Source of the DNA: Candidatus Saccharimonas aalborgensis
Lineage (GTDB): Bacteria > Patescibacteriota > Saccharimonadia > Saccharimonadales > Saccharimonadaceae
Reading direction: 5' to 3'
NCBI RefSeq assembly: GCF_000392435.1
Contig: NC_021219.1
Coordinates: 630,001-662,000, forward strand
DNA: 32,000 bases
The notes under the pieces are model-generated. The model saw nothing but the letters and a program-made list of their open reading frames with translations, made no database searches and was not told the origin of the DNA. How positions within the stretch are numbered: position 1 is the stretch's first letter; the number at the start of each line of letters is the position of its first letter. Below, in pieces: positions 16,933 to 26,899 of this stretch. The position numbers and the translations under genes were made by a program.

Positions 16933-19419
16933 ATGAGAGTATTGCCGCGAGTTTATGTTATCGGCTTTGGTATCACGCTGTTTCTTGCAAGTTTACTAAA
17001 TAGTTCAACCGCTTATGCCTACACCGTGGGCGATCTGCCGCTTAATCGATCTTGGTACAACAACGCCGAGTATAGCGCATGGTATAAGTGTAATTATGAG
17101 AGCGGTACGCAATTTGGCACTCGCGGAGCGATTTGGTTTACCAATTCATGGGGCTGGTATTATAGCATGGGGGTAACTGTTGACGACGGCACCAACTCTG
17201 TTGCAGTCAATATCAACGGTTCTGCCTATGGATGCCGTGATGGCGCAGATGGTCAGCATATCTATGCAACGGACGTCGCGCCATCAGGTACAGAGGGGTG
17301 GCGACTGACATTGTTGAGCTCGACCACGCTGGACAGAGGAAGTTTGCCAAGTCCAGCGCAGCGAAACTACTCTGATGAAGGAGGCTCTATCGGTGCTACC
17401 CTAGACGTGTCTGGGTTGGCAACCAATAACGCGAGTGCAGATGACAGTCAAACGATCATCATCGACATTTATCGCTGTTTTTATGCTAATGGCACGACAG
17501 GTACATGCTATACCGATCCCGTGCCTGTGACAGTTACGAGACGCAAGAAACCAAACCCTTGGACATCGACATCAACCACGCAGGTGAAAGTAACAAGTCC
17601 CGTTGGCGCTGTTGTCGGTCCAACTCAAAATGTTACTGCCTATCCCGGTGATAGGCTAGATTGGTATCATTCAGTAACGGTGAGTAATTTTGCGGCGGGT
17701 TCGGGTGCGATTGAAATTAGTACATCTCAGCATCGTAGAAATGGTTGGTTCCAAGATCAGGTAGGCCCTACGCTGACGTTTTCAGGAAACAGTACGCAAG
17801 ATGTAGCTGACGTCTATGGGCAGTATACGGTGCAGGCAAGCGATGTGGGCAAAGTGCTGTGCGAAACAATGGTAAGGAATCCTTCAAGCTATGTCTCTGG
17901 GGCTGTCGATAATCCCCCGGCCTGTGCAACGATACGCTCAAACTATAGTCTGTATCCACAATCGATGCTCAATAATCAAGCATTGAGCACGTTATTTACG
18001 GGACAGTCATTGTCGCCCTCGAACCCCGCGCAGATATTGGAGCAAGTGATTAACATCGGTCCTGCTTCAGATGTGGATAACCAGTACGCAGTATATGATT
18101 TTAAAATACCAAGCGGCAGTGTTGGCAATGTGGCGTCGTTTTTTCAGACGACGGGAACTCCAGGTGCCAATGTCGGCGGGGTATTTGGTAGCAGTAATGG
18201 TCAACCAGCATTTACTATTGCTAATTACGCGTCTGGATCAGGATGTAGCTGGTTAGCAAGTCAGCCAGCATACAGTGGTAAAATAGTTTGTATAGGCACT
18301 ACGACATCTGGGACGGTTAAGTTCCCGGCGGGGGTCACATCACTCACATCATCTGCAAGCGGCATAACTGCTGACACAACTTCTATAAAAGCCGATGATT
18401 ATGCAATTGGCGATACGGTTTGTCGCATTGTAGCCGTGAGTGGTTATGACTATCTCCATACGTCATCTAGTGATCATCGCATTTCCTACCCTGGCTGTGT
18501 CACAATCGGCAAACGGCCTCTTGTCCAAGTGTGGGGGGGCGATATACGTGTTGGCGCAGGTGCTCTGTCTACGAGCGGCTATGCCAGTAGTAATTCCTCC
18601 ATCATTGCGCAGCCTCGAGTGACTGATGACGGTACCTATGGTAGTTGGGGGGAGTATGGTCTCCTGGTACCACTCAACGGACAGATTGACTCTGCTTCTG
18701 CCGCGACCACTTCAGGCAAAACGGGTGCCGCAATTTCGCAATCCGCTTCAAGTAGAAATGTACTTAGTTTTGCAAATACTACTATACCCTATGGACGCTG
18801 GGGGGCAACTGGTGCATTTCCGGGCATTGTCAACTCCCCCGTACTCCTTGGAACGGCTGGGGCTGCGGGGCCGGCAATAAACGTTGATACGTTACCAAGC
18901 GGTATAACAAATGCAGGTGCCTCAAACCTCACTCTGCAGGGGACACTGAGCTCGCCGCGAACGGTGGTTATTCGTACCACAGGAACAGTGACGATATCGG
19001 GTAATCTCGTCCTTGGTGCCTACCCAGCCTCAGGTGCGAACGTTGCGCAGATTGTGGTGATTGCGCAGAATATCATTATTCAACCGAGTGTTACAAAAGT
19101 CGATGCTTGGTTGATAGCCCAGCCCTCGTCTGCTACGACAGGGGGCACGATTAGCACCTGTGATGTGGCCCAAAACCCCTACTATCTCGGACTTTCGGCA
19201 AGTGTTTGTAACACACAACTACAGGTGAATGGTCCAGTAATGGCGAGGGAGCTTCAACTTCGACGAACCTATGGTGCAGAAAAAAACACTGGTGGCGTCA
19301 ACTACCCGGCAGAAATCCTGAACTTTCGTCCTGATGCGTTTTTGTGGGAACTAAACTATGGTGAATCTCAAGGTGATTTGACGACGGTGAGTACGCGTGA
19401 GCTGCCACCACGCTATTAG
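16933..19419 (+). CDS. Large secreted protein, possible pilus-associated adhesin
   Basis: Signal peptide MRVLPRVYVIGFGITLFLASLLNSSTAYA; Ser/Thr/Gly-rich 828 aa protein; C-terminal IVVIAQNIIIQPSVTKVDAWLIAQ...ILNFRPDAFLWELNYG; upstream of pilM. Confidence 0.75.
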   Translation: MRVLPRVYVIGFGITLFLASLLNSSTAYAYTVGDLPLNRSWYNNAEYSAWYKCNYESGTQFGTRGAIWFTNSWGWYYSMGVTVDDGTNSVAVNINGSAYGCRDGADGQHIYATDVAPSGTEGWRLTLLSSTTLDRGSLPSPAQRNYSDEGGSIGATLDVSGLATNNASADDSQTIIIDIYRCFYANGTTGTCYTDPVPVTVTRRKKPNPWTSTSTTQVKVTSPVGAVVGPTQNVTAYPGDRLDWYHSVTVSNFAAGSGAIEISTSQHRRNGWFQDQVGPTLTFSGNSTQDVADVYGQYTVQASDVGKVLCETMVRNPSSYVSGAVDNPPACATIRSNYSLYPQSMLNNQALSTLFTGQSLSPSNPAQILEQVINIGPASDVDNQYAVYDFKIPSGSVGNVASFFQTTGTPGANVGGVFGSSNGQPAFTIANYASGSGCSWLASQPAYSGKIVCIGTTTSGTVKFPAGVTSLTSSASGITADTTSIKADDYAIGDTVCRIVAVSGYDYLHTSSSDHRISYPGCVTIGKRPLVQVWGGDIRVGAGALSTSGYASSNSSIIAQPRVTDDGTYGSWGEYGLLVPLNGQIDSASAATTSGKTGAAISQSASSRNVLSFANTTIPYGRWGATGAFPGIVNSPVLLGTAGAAGPAINVDTLPSGITNAGASNLTLQGTLSSPRTVVIRTTGTVTISGNLVLGAYPASGANVAQIVVIAQNIIIQPSVTKVDAWLIAQPSSATTGGTISTCDVAQNPYYLGLSASVCNTQLQVNGPVMARELQLRRTYGAEKNTGGVNYPAEILNFRPDAFLWELNYGESQGDLTTVSTRELPPRY

Positions 19420-19439
19420 AATAGAAGCACAAAATAGAC

Positions 19440-19469
19440 TTGCGTAATCTGAAGACGCTTATGTATAAT
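19440..19469 (+). promoter_or_regulatory. Possible internal promoter before pilM
   Basis: TTGCGT (19440-19445), 18-nt spacer, TATAAT (19464-19469). Confidence 0.4.
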
Positions 19470-19479
19470 AGTCACTAGT

Positions 19480-20532
19480 ATGAATCTAAAGAAGGGGATG
19501 GGCGATTTCTTTGCACTCGACATCGGCACTAACGCCGTTCGGGTGGTGCAGTTATCGGCTAGCGGCGCCAATAACTGGATGCTTGTTGCTCATGGCTACG
19601 CACCCATTGATAGTAAGATTACTTCGAGTGATTCCCCCGAGGCTCGGCGGCGACTTGGCGAAGTGATTATCACAGCGCTAGGACAAAGTGGCATAAAGAC
19701 AAAAAACGTGGTGATCGGACTACCTTCGAATAAGACGTTTACGACGGTTATCGATGTACCATCGGTAGCCGAGTCAGAACTAAAAGCAACGATGAAATAT
19801 CAAATTGATCAGTATATTCCTATGTCAGTCGATGATGCAAAGGTTGACTGGGCTCTGCTTGGACCATCATTACACGCTCAAAATCAGCAGGAAGTGTTGA
19901 TCACGAGTACCGCAAAGGTTTATAGCGAAGAACGGCTAGAGATGATTGAAGCCCTTGGGCTCAATGTTATCGCTGCCGAGCCAGATCCTATCGCGATGGT
20001 GCGTGCTCTCGTACCAGAAGGCACGGCGAGTACGGCGATGATGCTGATTGATATCGGTGAGCAGTCGACCGACCTAGCAATTACCTACGGTGATACGCCG
20101 CGACTCGTGCGCACGGTCCCCACGGGGCTTGGATCATTGGTGAAGTCGGCTGTCCAAAACCTCAATGTCCAGGACGACCAAGCTCGTCAGTTTATCCTGA
20201 AATTTGGGCTTGCACCAGATAGGCTTGAAGGTCAAGTGCTCCACGCTATCGAAAACGTGCTTGATAGTTTCGCAGCCGAAATGACAAAATCCGTTAAGTT
20301 CTTTCAGACGAGGTATCCCAACATCGCTATAAGTGGCATTTTGCTCTCAGGATTTGGTGCAGTCATACCACGGTTTAATGAGTACGTCGCGACAAAGGTT
20401 GGTATCCAGACGGCACTTGCCAATCCATGGCAAAACATTCGTATGTCACAGAATGACCAGCAGCAGCTTGCTGCGATTGCCTCTGAGTTTACGACAGTGG
20501 TAGGTCTCGCGAAGAGGAAGAACTTGTCATGA
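19480..20532 (+). CDS. pilM: Type IV pilus assembly protein PilM
   Basis: FFALDIGTNAVRVVQLS, VVIGLPSNKTFTTVIDVPSV, MLIDIGEQSTDLAITYGDTPRLVRTVPTG (actin-like fold motifs). Confidence 0.88.
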   Translation: MNLKKGMGDFFALDIGTNAVRVVQLSASGANNWMLVAHGYAPIDSKITSSDSPEARRRLGEVIITALGQSGIKTKNVVIGLPSNKTFTTVIDVPSVAESELKATMKYQIDQYIPMSVDDAKVDWALLGPSLHAQNQQEVLITSTAKVYSEERLEMIEALGLNVIAAEPDPIAMVRALVPEGTASTAMMLIDIGEQSTDLAITYGDTPRLVRTVPTGLGSLVKSAVQNLNVQDDQARQFILKFGLAPDRLEGQVLHAIENVLDSFAAEMTKSVKFFQTRYPNIAISGILLSGFGAVIPRFNEYVATKVGIQTALANPWQNIRMSQNDQQQLAAIASEFTTVVGLAKRKNLS

Positions 20533-21254
20533 TCGAAGTCAACTTGATTCCTGATGTAAAGCAAGAATTCATACGTGCTCAGCGTACACGCAATACGGTG
20601 ATCTCTTTCTCTATTATGGCAAGTATCGCGGCGGGTGTGGCAATTGTCATTTTCGCGCTGTTACTTGGTGGTCAGGGTGTTCGTGAAATTTTGGCAGACA
20701 ATAGCATTAAGGATGACTATGCAACACTCAAAAAAAATGAGAATCTCAGTAATTTAGTGACAATCCAAAACCAGTTGGCTCAAGTGTCAACACTAAACAA
20801 TGACAAAGGTATCAATTCGCGCCTATTTGACATTTTAGGTGGTATCAACCCGAAAGACCCAAATCACGTTCGGATTTCTACTGTTTCGTTGAATCCTACT
20901 GACAATTCACTGTCGATCGAGGGCTCGGCGGCAAATAGCTTTACTGCGACCGACGCGTTCAAAAAAACAATACTGAATACCAAGGTTGTCTATACCGACA
21001 GAGATGGTAAGGAGCAAACGATCAATCTCACCGATAGTGTTACGCTCAATAATGCTAGTTATGGAACCGATACGACTGGGGCAAAGGTATTACAGTTCAA
21101 GCTCTCCTTTGTTTATCCCAAGGAGCTCTTTGCCAACACCTCTACAAATGTTCGAATCGTTTCGCCCACGAAGGTAACCGACGTTACCGACTCTAGAACA
21201 CGAGTTCCCGACGATTTGTTCTCGTCGTCACCAAAGACAGGAGACACAAAGTAA
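20529..21254 (+). CDS. pilN: PilN-like assembly protein
   Basis: MIEVNLIPDVKQE + single TM; ATGA overlap with pilM. Confidence 0.78.
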   Translation: MIEVNLIPDVKQEFIRAQRTRNTVISFSIMASIAAGVAIVIFALLLGGQGVREILADNSIKDDYATLKKNENLSNLVTIQNQLAQVSTLNNDKGINSRLFDILGGINPKDPNHVRISTVSLNPTDNSLSIEGSAANSFTATDAFKKTILNTKVVYTDRDGKEQTINLTDSVTLNNASYGTDTTGAKVLQFKLSFVYPKELFANTSTNVRIVSPTKVTDVTDSRTRVPDDLFSSSPKTGDTK

Positions 21255-21937
21255 TGGCTCAGAAAGATGTCAGTGCCAACAAACGTCAGCAAATAGCCAA
21301 ATCAAGTCGCATGATGTTCATCTGGGTGGCAGGTGCCTCTGTCTTGGTCGGGTTTGCGGCAGTAATTTGTTGGTTTTTGATTCAGCAAATTATGTTTAAG
21401 GAAAAGGTAATCACTGAAAAAAATAAAACTGTCTCAACCTTACAGCAGAACATCAAGGCGGTGCCCAAGCTGTCGGACAATATTCGGGTGCTTGAAACCA
21501 ATGTTGCTCTGAATTCGGCGAAGGCAAATTCAAACGAAAAGGCACTCCAGGTGATTTTGGACGCATTACCCGCCGACGAGAATACCTTGGCACTTGGGGC
21601 ATCACTACAGACAAAGTTAATTGGTAGTGGTGGTAATCTTACGATTGATTCACTTGATGCCACACCTGCAGTAGGCGCAAACGGTACGGCAAATAGCAGT
21701 ACTACTTCCGATGGGGTACAAAGGATGGCTTTCTCATTTACAGTGTCTTCATCTGACCCAAATGCCATCAAAGACCTTTTGAAACGTCTCGAGCGCTCGG
21801 TACGCATCATGGATATCGATACATTGAGGATCGAACAGTCTGAGACTCGTATGACAATGGTAGTTCAGGCACACGCCTATTACTTACCGGAAAAGAAGAT
21901 CGAGCTGAAAAAAATACCTGTGGGAGCGCGTAAATAA
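21254..21937 (+). CDS. pilO: PilO-like assembly protein
   Basis: Single N-terminal TM, coiled-coil, position immediately after pilN; TAATG overlap. Confidence 0.65.
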   Translation: MAQKDVSANKRQQIAKSSRMMFIWVAGASVLVGFAAVICWFLIQQIMFKEKVITEKNKTVSTLQQNIKAVPKLSDNIRVLETNVALNSAKANSNEKALQVILDALPADENTLALGASLQTKLIGSGGNLTIDSLDATPAVGANGTANSSTTSDGVQRMAFSFTVSSSDPNAIKDLLKRLERSVRIMDIDTLRIEQSETRMTMVVQAHAYYLPEKKIELKKIPVGARK

Positions 21938-22170
21938 TGAAGAAAACAGATATAGCTATGATCGTTCTCATCGCCGGTCTTGCAGTGCTCACCGCTTTTC
22001 TCGTTGCGAGCAACATTCCTTTTTTGCAGGTTTCCGAAAAAGGGGTACAGGTGGATACAATCGAGAGTATATCTGATAGAGTTGAGCCACCTGATCAAAA
22101 CGTATTTAACAGTAACGCCATCAATCCCACGGTCGAAACGTTTATCGGTGACAAGACGCTACCGCAATAG
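21937..22170 (+). CDS. Small single-TM protein (77 aa) in the position normally held by pilP
   Basis: MKKTDIAMIVLIAGLAVLTAFLVASNIPFLQVSEKGVQVDTIESISDRVEPPDQNVFNSNAINPTVETFIGDKTLPQ; TAATG overlap with the pilO-like gene. Confidence 0.75.
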   Translation: MKKTDIAMIVLIAGLAVLTAFLVASNIPFLQVSEKGVQVDTIESISDRVEPPDQNVFNSNAINPTVETFIGDKTLPQ

Positions 22171-22181
22171 GGATTGCTGAC

Positions 22182-23945
22182 ATGGCGTTAATGACAAATG
22201 ACATACAAGAAAAACTCGTAAAGCTTCTCACCGAAGAAGGCTTGGTGAGTACTGATGTGATACAAAGTGCGACTACTGAGGCAGCCGGGTCGGGTAAAAC
22301 ACTGCTTACGGTTCTTACTGAGCAAGATGCAATTGATGACGAACTGCTGACTCATGCGATTGCGCAAGTTTCGGGGGTCCCCTATGTCAATCTCAGCAAT
22401 AGCGTGATTGACCAGGGTATTCTGTCACTTTTGCCATCTGATATCGCTGAGCGCTTTATGGCGGTACCGCTCGCAGAGGTTCAAAACCGACTTGCAGTTG
22501 CAATGATTGATGCAAATAACGTGCAGGCAGTCGACTATCTCGCTAATCGCATCCAACGACCCTTAAAGGTATTTATGGCGTCGGAGGCGGGTGTGAGACA
22601 CGTGCTTGATCAATACAAGACCGACTTATCAAGTGTTGATGTGGCTGCTGAGGTATCTCAAAAAGAAGCAGCTCAAGAAGAAACCAAGGACATTAAGACG
22701 ATTGTTCAGGATTCTCCTATCAGCCGTGCACTCAGTACAATTTTGGAATACGCGGTAAAGTCTAGGGCAAGTGACATCCATATCGAACCATTTGAAAAAG
22801 CTCTCAAGATTCGCTGCCGCGTTGACGGTGTGCTTAGGGAAGTGATGCAGCTGCCAAAAAGTATCGAACCCGCTCTCATTAGTCGTATCAAGATTCTTTC
22901 TAACCTTAAAATTGACGAGCATCGCACACCACAGGACGGTCAGTTTGCCGTAAAAGTAGGTAACAAAGAAGTTGATCTCCGTATCGCCATCAGCCCAGTG
23001 GTGTGGGGGGAACAGGTGGTAATTCGATTGCTTGATAAATCAGGTAATAGCTTTGACCTCGAAGAGATGGGATATGCCGGCCGCGCCTTACGTACTATTC
23101 AAAAAGGCGTCAAAAAACCGAACGGGATGCTCCTCACCTCTGGACCTACAGGCTCAGGAAAGTCAACTAGCCTCTATGCTCTCATCAAGGAAATAAAGGA
23201 CGAGACTATCAACATTGTGACACTTGAGGATCCGGTAGAATACAAAATGGATGGTGTCAATCAGATTCAGGTTAACGCAGAGGTAGGGCTAACTTTCGCA
23301 TCGGGGCTGCGCTCGATTTTGCGTCAAGATCCAAACGTGGTGATGGTAGGTGAGATTCGTGATGGCGAGACTGCAAACTTGGCTGTGCAAGCAGCACTCA
23401 CTGGACATCTCGTATTTAGTACGTTGCACACTAATTCTGCGGCCGGAGTGCTACCGCGCCTTCTGGATATGGGTATTGAGCCATTTTTAATCGCGAGTAC
23501 CGTCAACACGATTATCGGACAGCGTCTTGTTCGCCGTGTGGCCCCTCAACGTGATGCCTATTGGTCGAGTCCACTTGAAACAAAAAGTATTCTCGACACC
23601 GTCGGTCACTTGTTACCAAAGACCAAAGAGGAAGTGGCACGGGTTTCTGCCGATCTCGGCTATAAGGACTTGCCACTTGCAGGTCAAACCGCTTATACTT
23701 TAGTAAAGGGACGTGACACTCCCTCGACACCCCGCGGTTATACGGGGCGGGCTGGACTGTACGAAGTGATGGATATTACAGAGGAAATACAAGACCTCAT
23801 TGTCGCACGCTCGACAAGTGCCGACATTCAACGTAAAGCAGTCGAGCAGGGCATGATTACAATGCGTCAAGATGGTTACCTGAAGGCGCTAACAGGGGTC
23901 ACGACACTAGAGGAAGTCAATCGTGTCGCGGCAGATACAGCATAA
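22182..23945 (+). CDS. pilB: Type IV pilus extension ATPase PilB (GspE/PulE family)
   Basis: N-terminal MshEN-like domain; LTSGPTGSGKSTSLYALI Walker A; VGEIRDGETANLAVQAALTGHLVFSTLHTNSA. Confidence 0.93.
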   Translation: MALMTNDIQEKLVKLLTEEGLVSTDVIQSATTEAAGSGKTLLTVLTEQDAIDDELLTHAIAQVSGVPYVNLSNSVIDQGILSLLPSDIAERFMAVPLAEVQNRLAVAMIDANNVQAVDYLANRIQRPLKVFMASEAGVRHVLDQYKTDLSSVDVAAEVSQKEAAQEETKDIKTIVQDSPISRALSTILEYAVKSRASDIHIEPFEKALKIRCRVDGVLREVMQLPKSIEPALISRIKILSNLKIDEHRTPQDGQFAVKVGNKEVDLRIAISPVVWGEQVVIRLLDKSGNSFDLEEMGYAGRALRTIQKGVKKPNGMLLTSGPTGSGKSTSLYALIKEIKDETINIVTLEDPVEYKMDGVNQIQVNAEVGLTFASGLRSILRQDPNVVMVGEIRDGETANLAVQAALTGHLVFSTLHTNSAAGVLPRLLDMGIEPFLIASTVNTIIGQRLVRRVAPQRDAYWSSPLETKSILDTVGHLLPKTKEEVARVSADLGYKDLPLAGQTAYTLVKGRDTPSTPRGYTGRAGLYEVMDITEEIQDLIVARSTSADIQRKAVEQGMITMRQDGYLKALTGVTTLEEVNRVAADTA

Positions 23946-23957
23946 AAGGGAGAAGGC

Positions 23958-25028
23958 ATGAATAATCCAGAACTACGCATCGAAGTATTACTAGAAGAAG
24001 TTGTTCGCAAGCGCGCTTCAGACCTTCATATTCAGGTGGGGTTACCACCAATGCTTCGTGTTGATGGTGCGTTGATACCAATTGTCGGCTTCAATCCTCT
24101 TGATGAGCAGCAAGTTGAGTCACTTGTGTTTGCCATCTTGGACCAGGATCAGCAACAAATTCTTCTTAAAGACAAGGAGTTTGACTTCAGCTTTGCTTTC
24201 GGGACGTTAGGGCGGTTTCGCGTTAACGCCTTTCACGAACGTGGTAACCTGGCTGCTGCGCTACGTCTCATCCCAAATGAGATCAAGTCTGTTACTGAAC
24301 TGGGTATGCCGCAAGTAGTGCTCTCATTTGCTGACTATCCGCGCGGTCTTGTACTTGTAACAGGACCAACTGGGTCTGGAAAATCAACCACGCTTGCTGC
24401 TCTTGTAGACAAAATCAACAGTGAACGCGCTCACCACATTATCACAATTGAAGATCCAATTGAATTTACTCACAAGTCAAAGAAATCTGTTATTGTTCAG
24501 CGAGAAGTACATTACGATACCTACTCGTTCTCTGCAGCGCTGCGTAGCTCACTTCGTCAAGATCCTGATGTTGTGTTGATTGGTGAGATGCGCGATCTCG
24601 AAACGATTTCTGCGGCAATTACGATTGCCGAAACCGGTCACTTAGTCTTTGCGACACTCCACACTAACTCGGCCTCGCAGTCCATCGACCGTATGATCGA
24701 TGTGTTTCCCCCTCACCAGCAACCACAGATTCGCGCACAGCTTGCTAATATTCTGATGGCAATCTGTAGTCAGCGCCTTGTACCTGCTATTGGTGGGGGA
24801 AGGGTAGTTGCAGCTGAAATTCTTATTGCAAATCCTGCGGTGCGCAATGTTATCCGTGAAGGCAAGAGCCATCAGCTTGATGCCATTATCCAGACTGGTG
24901 CAGATCAGGGAATGCAGACCATGGATCGTACGCTTGTGAATCTGGTTCAGAGTGGAACGGTGACGTATGACAATGCTCGTGAGTTTGCCGTTGACCTGAC
25001 AGAGTTTGAGCGATTGATGAGAGGATGA
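23958..25028 (+). CDS. pilT: Type IV pilus retraction ATPase PilT
   Basis: RKRASDLHIQVGLPPMLRVDG; VTGPTGSGKSTTLAALVD; LIGEMRDLETISAAITIAETGHLVFATLHTNSA; QLRAQLANILMAICSQRLVP. Confidence 0.93.
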   Translation: MNNPELRIEVLLEEVVRKRASDLHIQVGLPPMLRVDGALIPIVGFNPLDEQQVESLVFAILDQDQQQILLKDKEFDFSFAFGTLGRFRVNAFHERGNLAAALRLIPNEIKSVTELGMPQVVLSFADYPRGLVLVTGPTGSGKSTTLAALVDKINSERAHHIITIEDPIEFTHKSKKSVIVQREVHYDTYSFSAALRSSLRQDPDVVLIGEMRDLETISAAITIAETGHLVFATLHTNSASQSIDRMIDVFPPHQQPQIRAQLANILMAICSQRLVPAIGGGRVVAAEILIANPAVRNVIREGKSHQLDAIIQTGADQGMQTMDRTLVNLVQSGTVTYDNAREFAVDLTEFERLMRG

Positions 25029-25034
25029 TAACAC

Positions 25035-26240
25035 GTGAAGAAATTTAATTACGAAGCACGTGACAAGAACTCCGACAAAATTATTAAGTCGATTGTTCAG
25101 GCTGATTCGGAAACCTCGGCGGCGAAAGCATTGGTTGAGCAGGGGTATACGCCCCTTACCATCAAGGAAGTAGACGAAAATGGTGGATTGATCGGCCGTC
25201 TGACCGGAAGGATTAAGACGAAAGATAAGATCGTATTTACTCGACAGCTTGCCACTCTGATCGGAGCTGGTTTGCCACTCGCACAAAGCATTCGGACAGT
25301 GCTTGATCAAACGCAGAATAAAAAACTCCAGGGAGTAATCCAAGAAGTCATCGCCGACGTCGAGGGTGGTAAGCAGTTATCGGAAGCATTTGGAAAGCAC
25401 CCCGAAGTCTTCGATAAGATTTTTTTGGCACTTGTGGCGGCCGGTGAAGTATCGGGAACACTCGATGAGGCACTCAAACGTGTTGCAGCACAGCAAGAAA
25501 AAGATGCAGCTATGATGAGTAAAATAAAGGGTGCAATGACGTATCCTATCATTGTAATGGTTGTTATACTGGCGGTGATGTTGTTTATGCTATTTACCGT
25601 GGTTCCACAGGTTGAAAAGCTCTATCATGATATGAAAAAGTCACTTCCTATGCTGACCGAAATCATGATAAACAGTGCAAACTTCATGATTCACTTCTGG
25701 TGGCTTGTACTTGTCGTTATGTTTATTGGCATTTATTTCTTGAGACAGTATATGCATACCGAAAACGGTATCAGGACATTCGATACCCTCAAACTCAATG
25801 CCCCGTTGTTTAAGGGAATGTTTCGTAAACTTTATATGGCACGCTTCACCCGTACAGGACAGACGCTACTGTCGACCGGTGTGGCAATGCTCGACATGCT
25901 ACGCATTAGTTCGGAGAGTGTAAACAATGTGGTTGTCAGCAAGAGTATTGATCGAGCGGCCGAGAAAGTAAAGGGGGGTAAGGCACTTTCAGCTGCTATT
26001 CAGTCGGAGGAGTACATCCTACCAATGGTTCCGCAGATGATCAAGATTGGCGAACAGTCAGGCAAAATTGATGAGATGATGGGCAAGACGGCCCAAGTGT
26101 TTGAGGATGAGCTTGACGAAGAGATCAAGGCGATCTCGACAGCGATCGAACCGATCCTTATGGTGGTTCTTGCTATCGTAGCTGGTGGAATGGTAGGAGC
26201 AATCCTCTTCCCAATCTATAGCCTCGTAAATGGCGTCTAA
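25035..26240 (+). CDS. pilC: Type IV pilus inner membrane platform protein PilC (GspF family)
   Basis: FTRQLATLIGAGLPLAQSIRTV, YPIIVMVVILAVMLFMLFTVVPQ, ARFTRTGQTLLSTGVAMLDML; GTG start. Confidence 0.92.
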   Translation: MKKFNYEARDKNSDKIIKSIVQADSETSAAKALVEQGYTPLTIKEVDENGGLIGRLTGRIKTKDKIVFTRQLATLIGAGLPLAQSIRTVLDQTQNKKLQGVIQEVIADVEGGKQLSEAFGKHPEVFDKIFLALVAAGEVSGTLDEALKRVAAQQEKDAAMMSKIKGAMTYPIIVMVVILAVMLFMLFTVVPQVEKLYHDMKKSLPMLTEIMINSANFMIHFWWLVLVVMFIGIYFLRQYMHTENGIRTFDTLKLNAPLFKGMFRKLYMARFTRTGQTLLSTGVAMLDMLRISSESVNNVVVSKSIDRAAEKVKGGKALSAAIQSEEYILPMVPQMIKIGEQSGKIDEMMGKTAQVFEDELDEEIKAISTAIEPILMVVLAIVAGGMVGAILFPIYSLVNGV

Positions 26241-26244
26241 GTAC

Positions 26245-26273
26245 TAGACAAATAACACCGAGCACGCTATGAT
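26245..26273 (+). promoter_or_regulatory. Promoter-like sequence before the likely major pilin gene
   Basis: TAGACA (26245-26250), 17-nt spacer, TATGAT (26268-26273). Confidence 0.45.
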
Positions 26274-26319
26274 AGGCCTTAAGCATAAGTATTGTTCATA
26301 AGAAAGGTGGAACGAAACT

Positions 26320-26826
26320 ATGAGCATTCAGCAAAAACAACGGGGGTTTACAATCATCGAGGTGGTGCTCGTGCTCGCTATTGCGGCACTTATCTTCCTG
26401 ATGGTGTTCATCGCCTTGCCTGCTTTGCAGCGTAATCAACGCGATACCGCACGCAAGACGGTTCTCGGAAAGGTAAGCTCGGCCGTGACTACCTACCAGT
26501 CAAATAAGCGGGGAGCCCAGCCAACCAAGGGTGTTGATCTACAGGGCTATGTCGATGGTCGCACCGGGACTACGAGTGATAAAGGTGCCGCAGGAAGCTT
26601 CACTGCTTCAGCAAATGACACGGTCATTGATAACGATTACATCGTAACTGTTAAGGCGTATGCTTCTGGTGATACAGTAGGAAATGCCGACACAAACGTT
26701 GTTCAAGTTGTCACGGGTGCAACCTGCAACTCTACTGGCGATGCAGTAGCATCGGGTACAACACGCAATGCCGCGATTCTTATCAAGCTCGAAAACGGTA
26801 GCGCAATTGTCTGCCAAGCAGTCTAG
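26320..26826 (+). CDS. Type IV prepilin, likely major pilin
   Basis: Class III signal peptide QQKQRG|FTIIEVVLVLAIAALIFLMVFIALPAL; about 160 aa; two C-terminal cysteines (ATCNS...IVCQAV); strong SD GAAAGGTGG. Confidence 0.85.
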   Translation: MSIQQKQRGFTIIEVVLVLAIAALIFLMVFIALPALQRNQRDTARKTVLGKVSSAVTTYQSNKRGAQPTKGVDLQGYVDGRTGTTSDKGAAGSFTASANDTVIDNDYIVTVKAYASGDTVGNADTNVVQVVTGATCNSTGDAVASGTTRNAAILIKLENGSAIVCQAV

Positions 26827-26853
26827 GCATCTGTATATAGTCTGAGCATTCGA

Positions 26854-26882
26854 ACCGCGTCTCTTCCAGTGACGCGGTCTTT
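26854..26882 (+). terminator. Hairpin downstream of the pilin gene, possibly an attenuating terminator
   Basis: ACCGCGTC (26854-26861) TCTTCCAGT GACGCGGT (26871-26878), perfect 8-bp stem, then CTTT. Confidence 0.5.
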
Positions 26883-26899
26883 GCTATACTATCTGGAGT

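Noticed and set aside
24642-25343. 233-aa minus-strand ORF across the pilT/pilC junction
   Set aside because: Entirely antisense to two strongly supported pilus genes, with no recognisable family.
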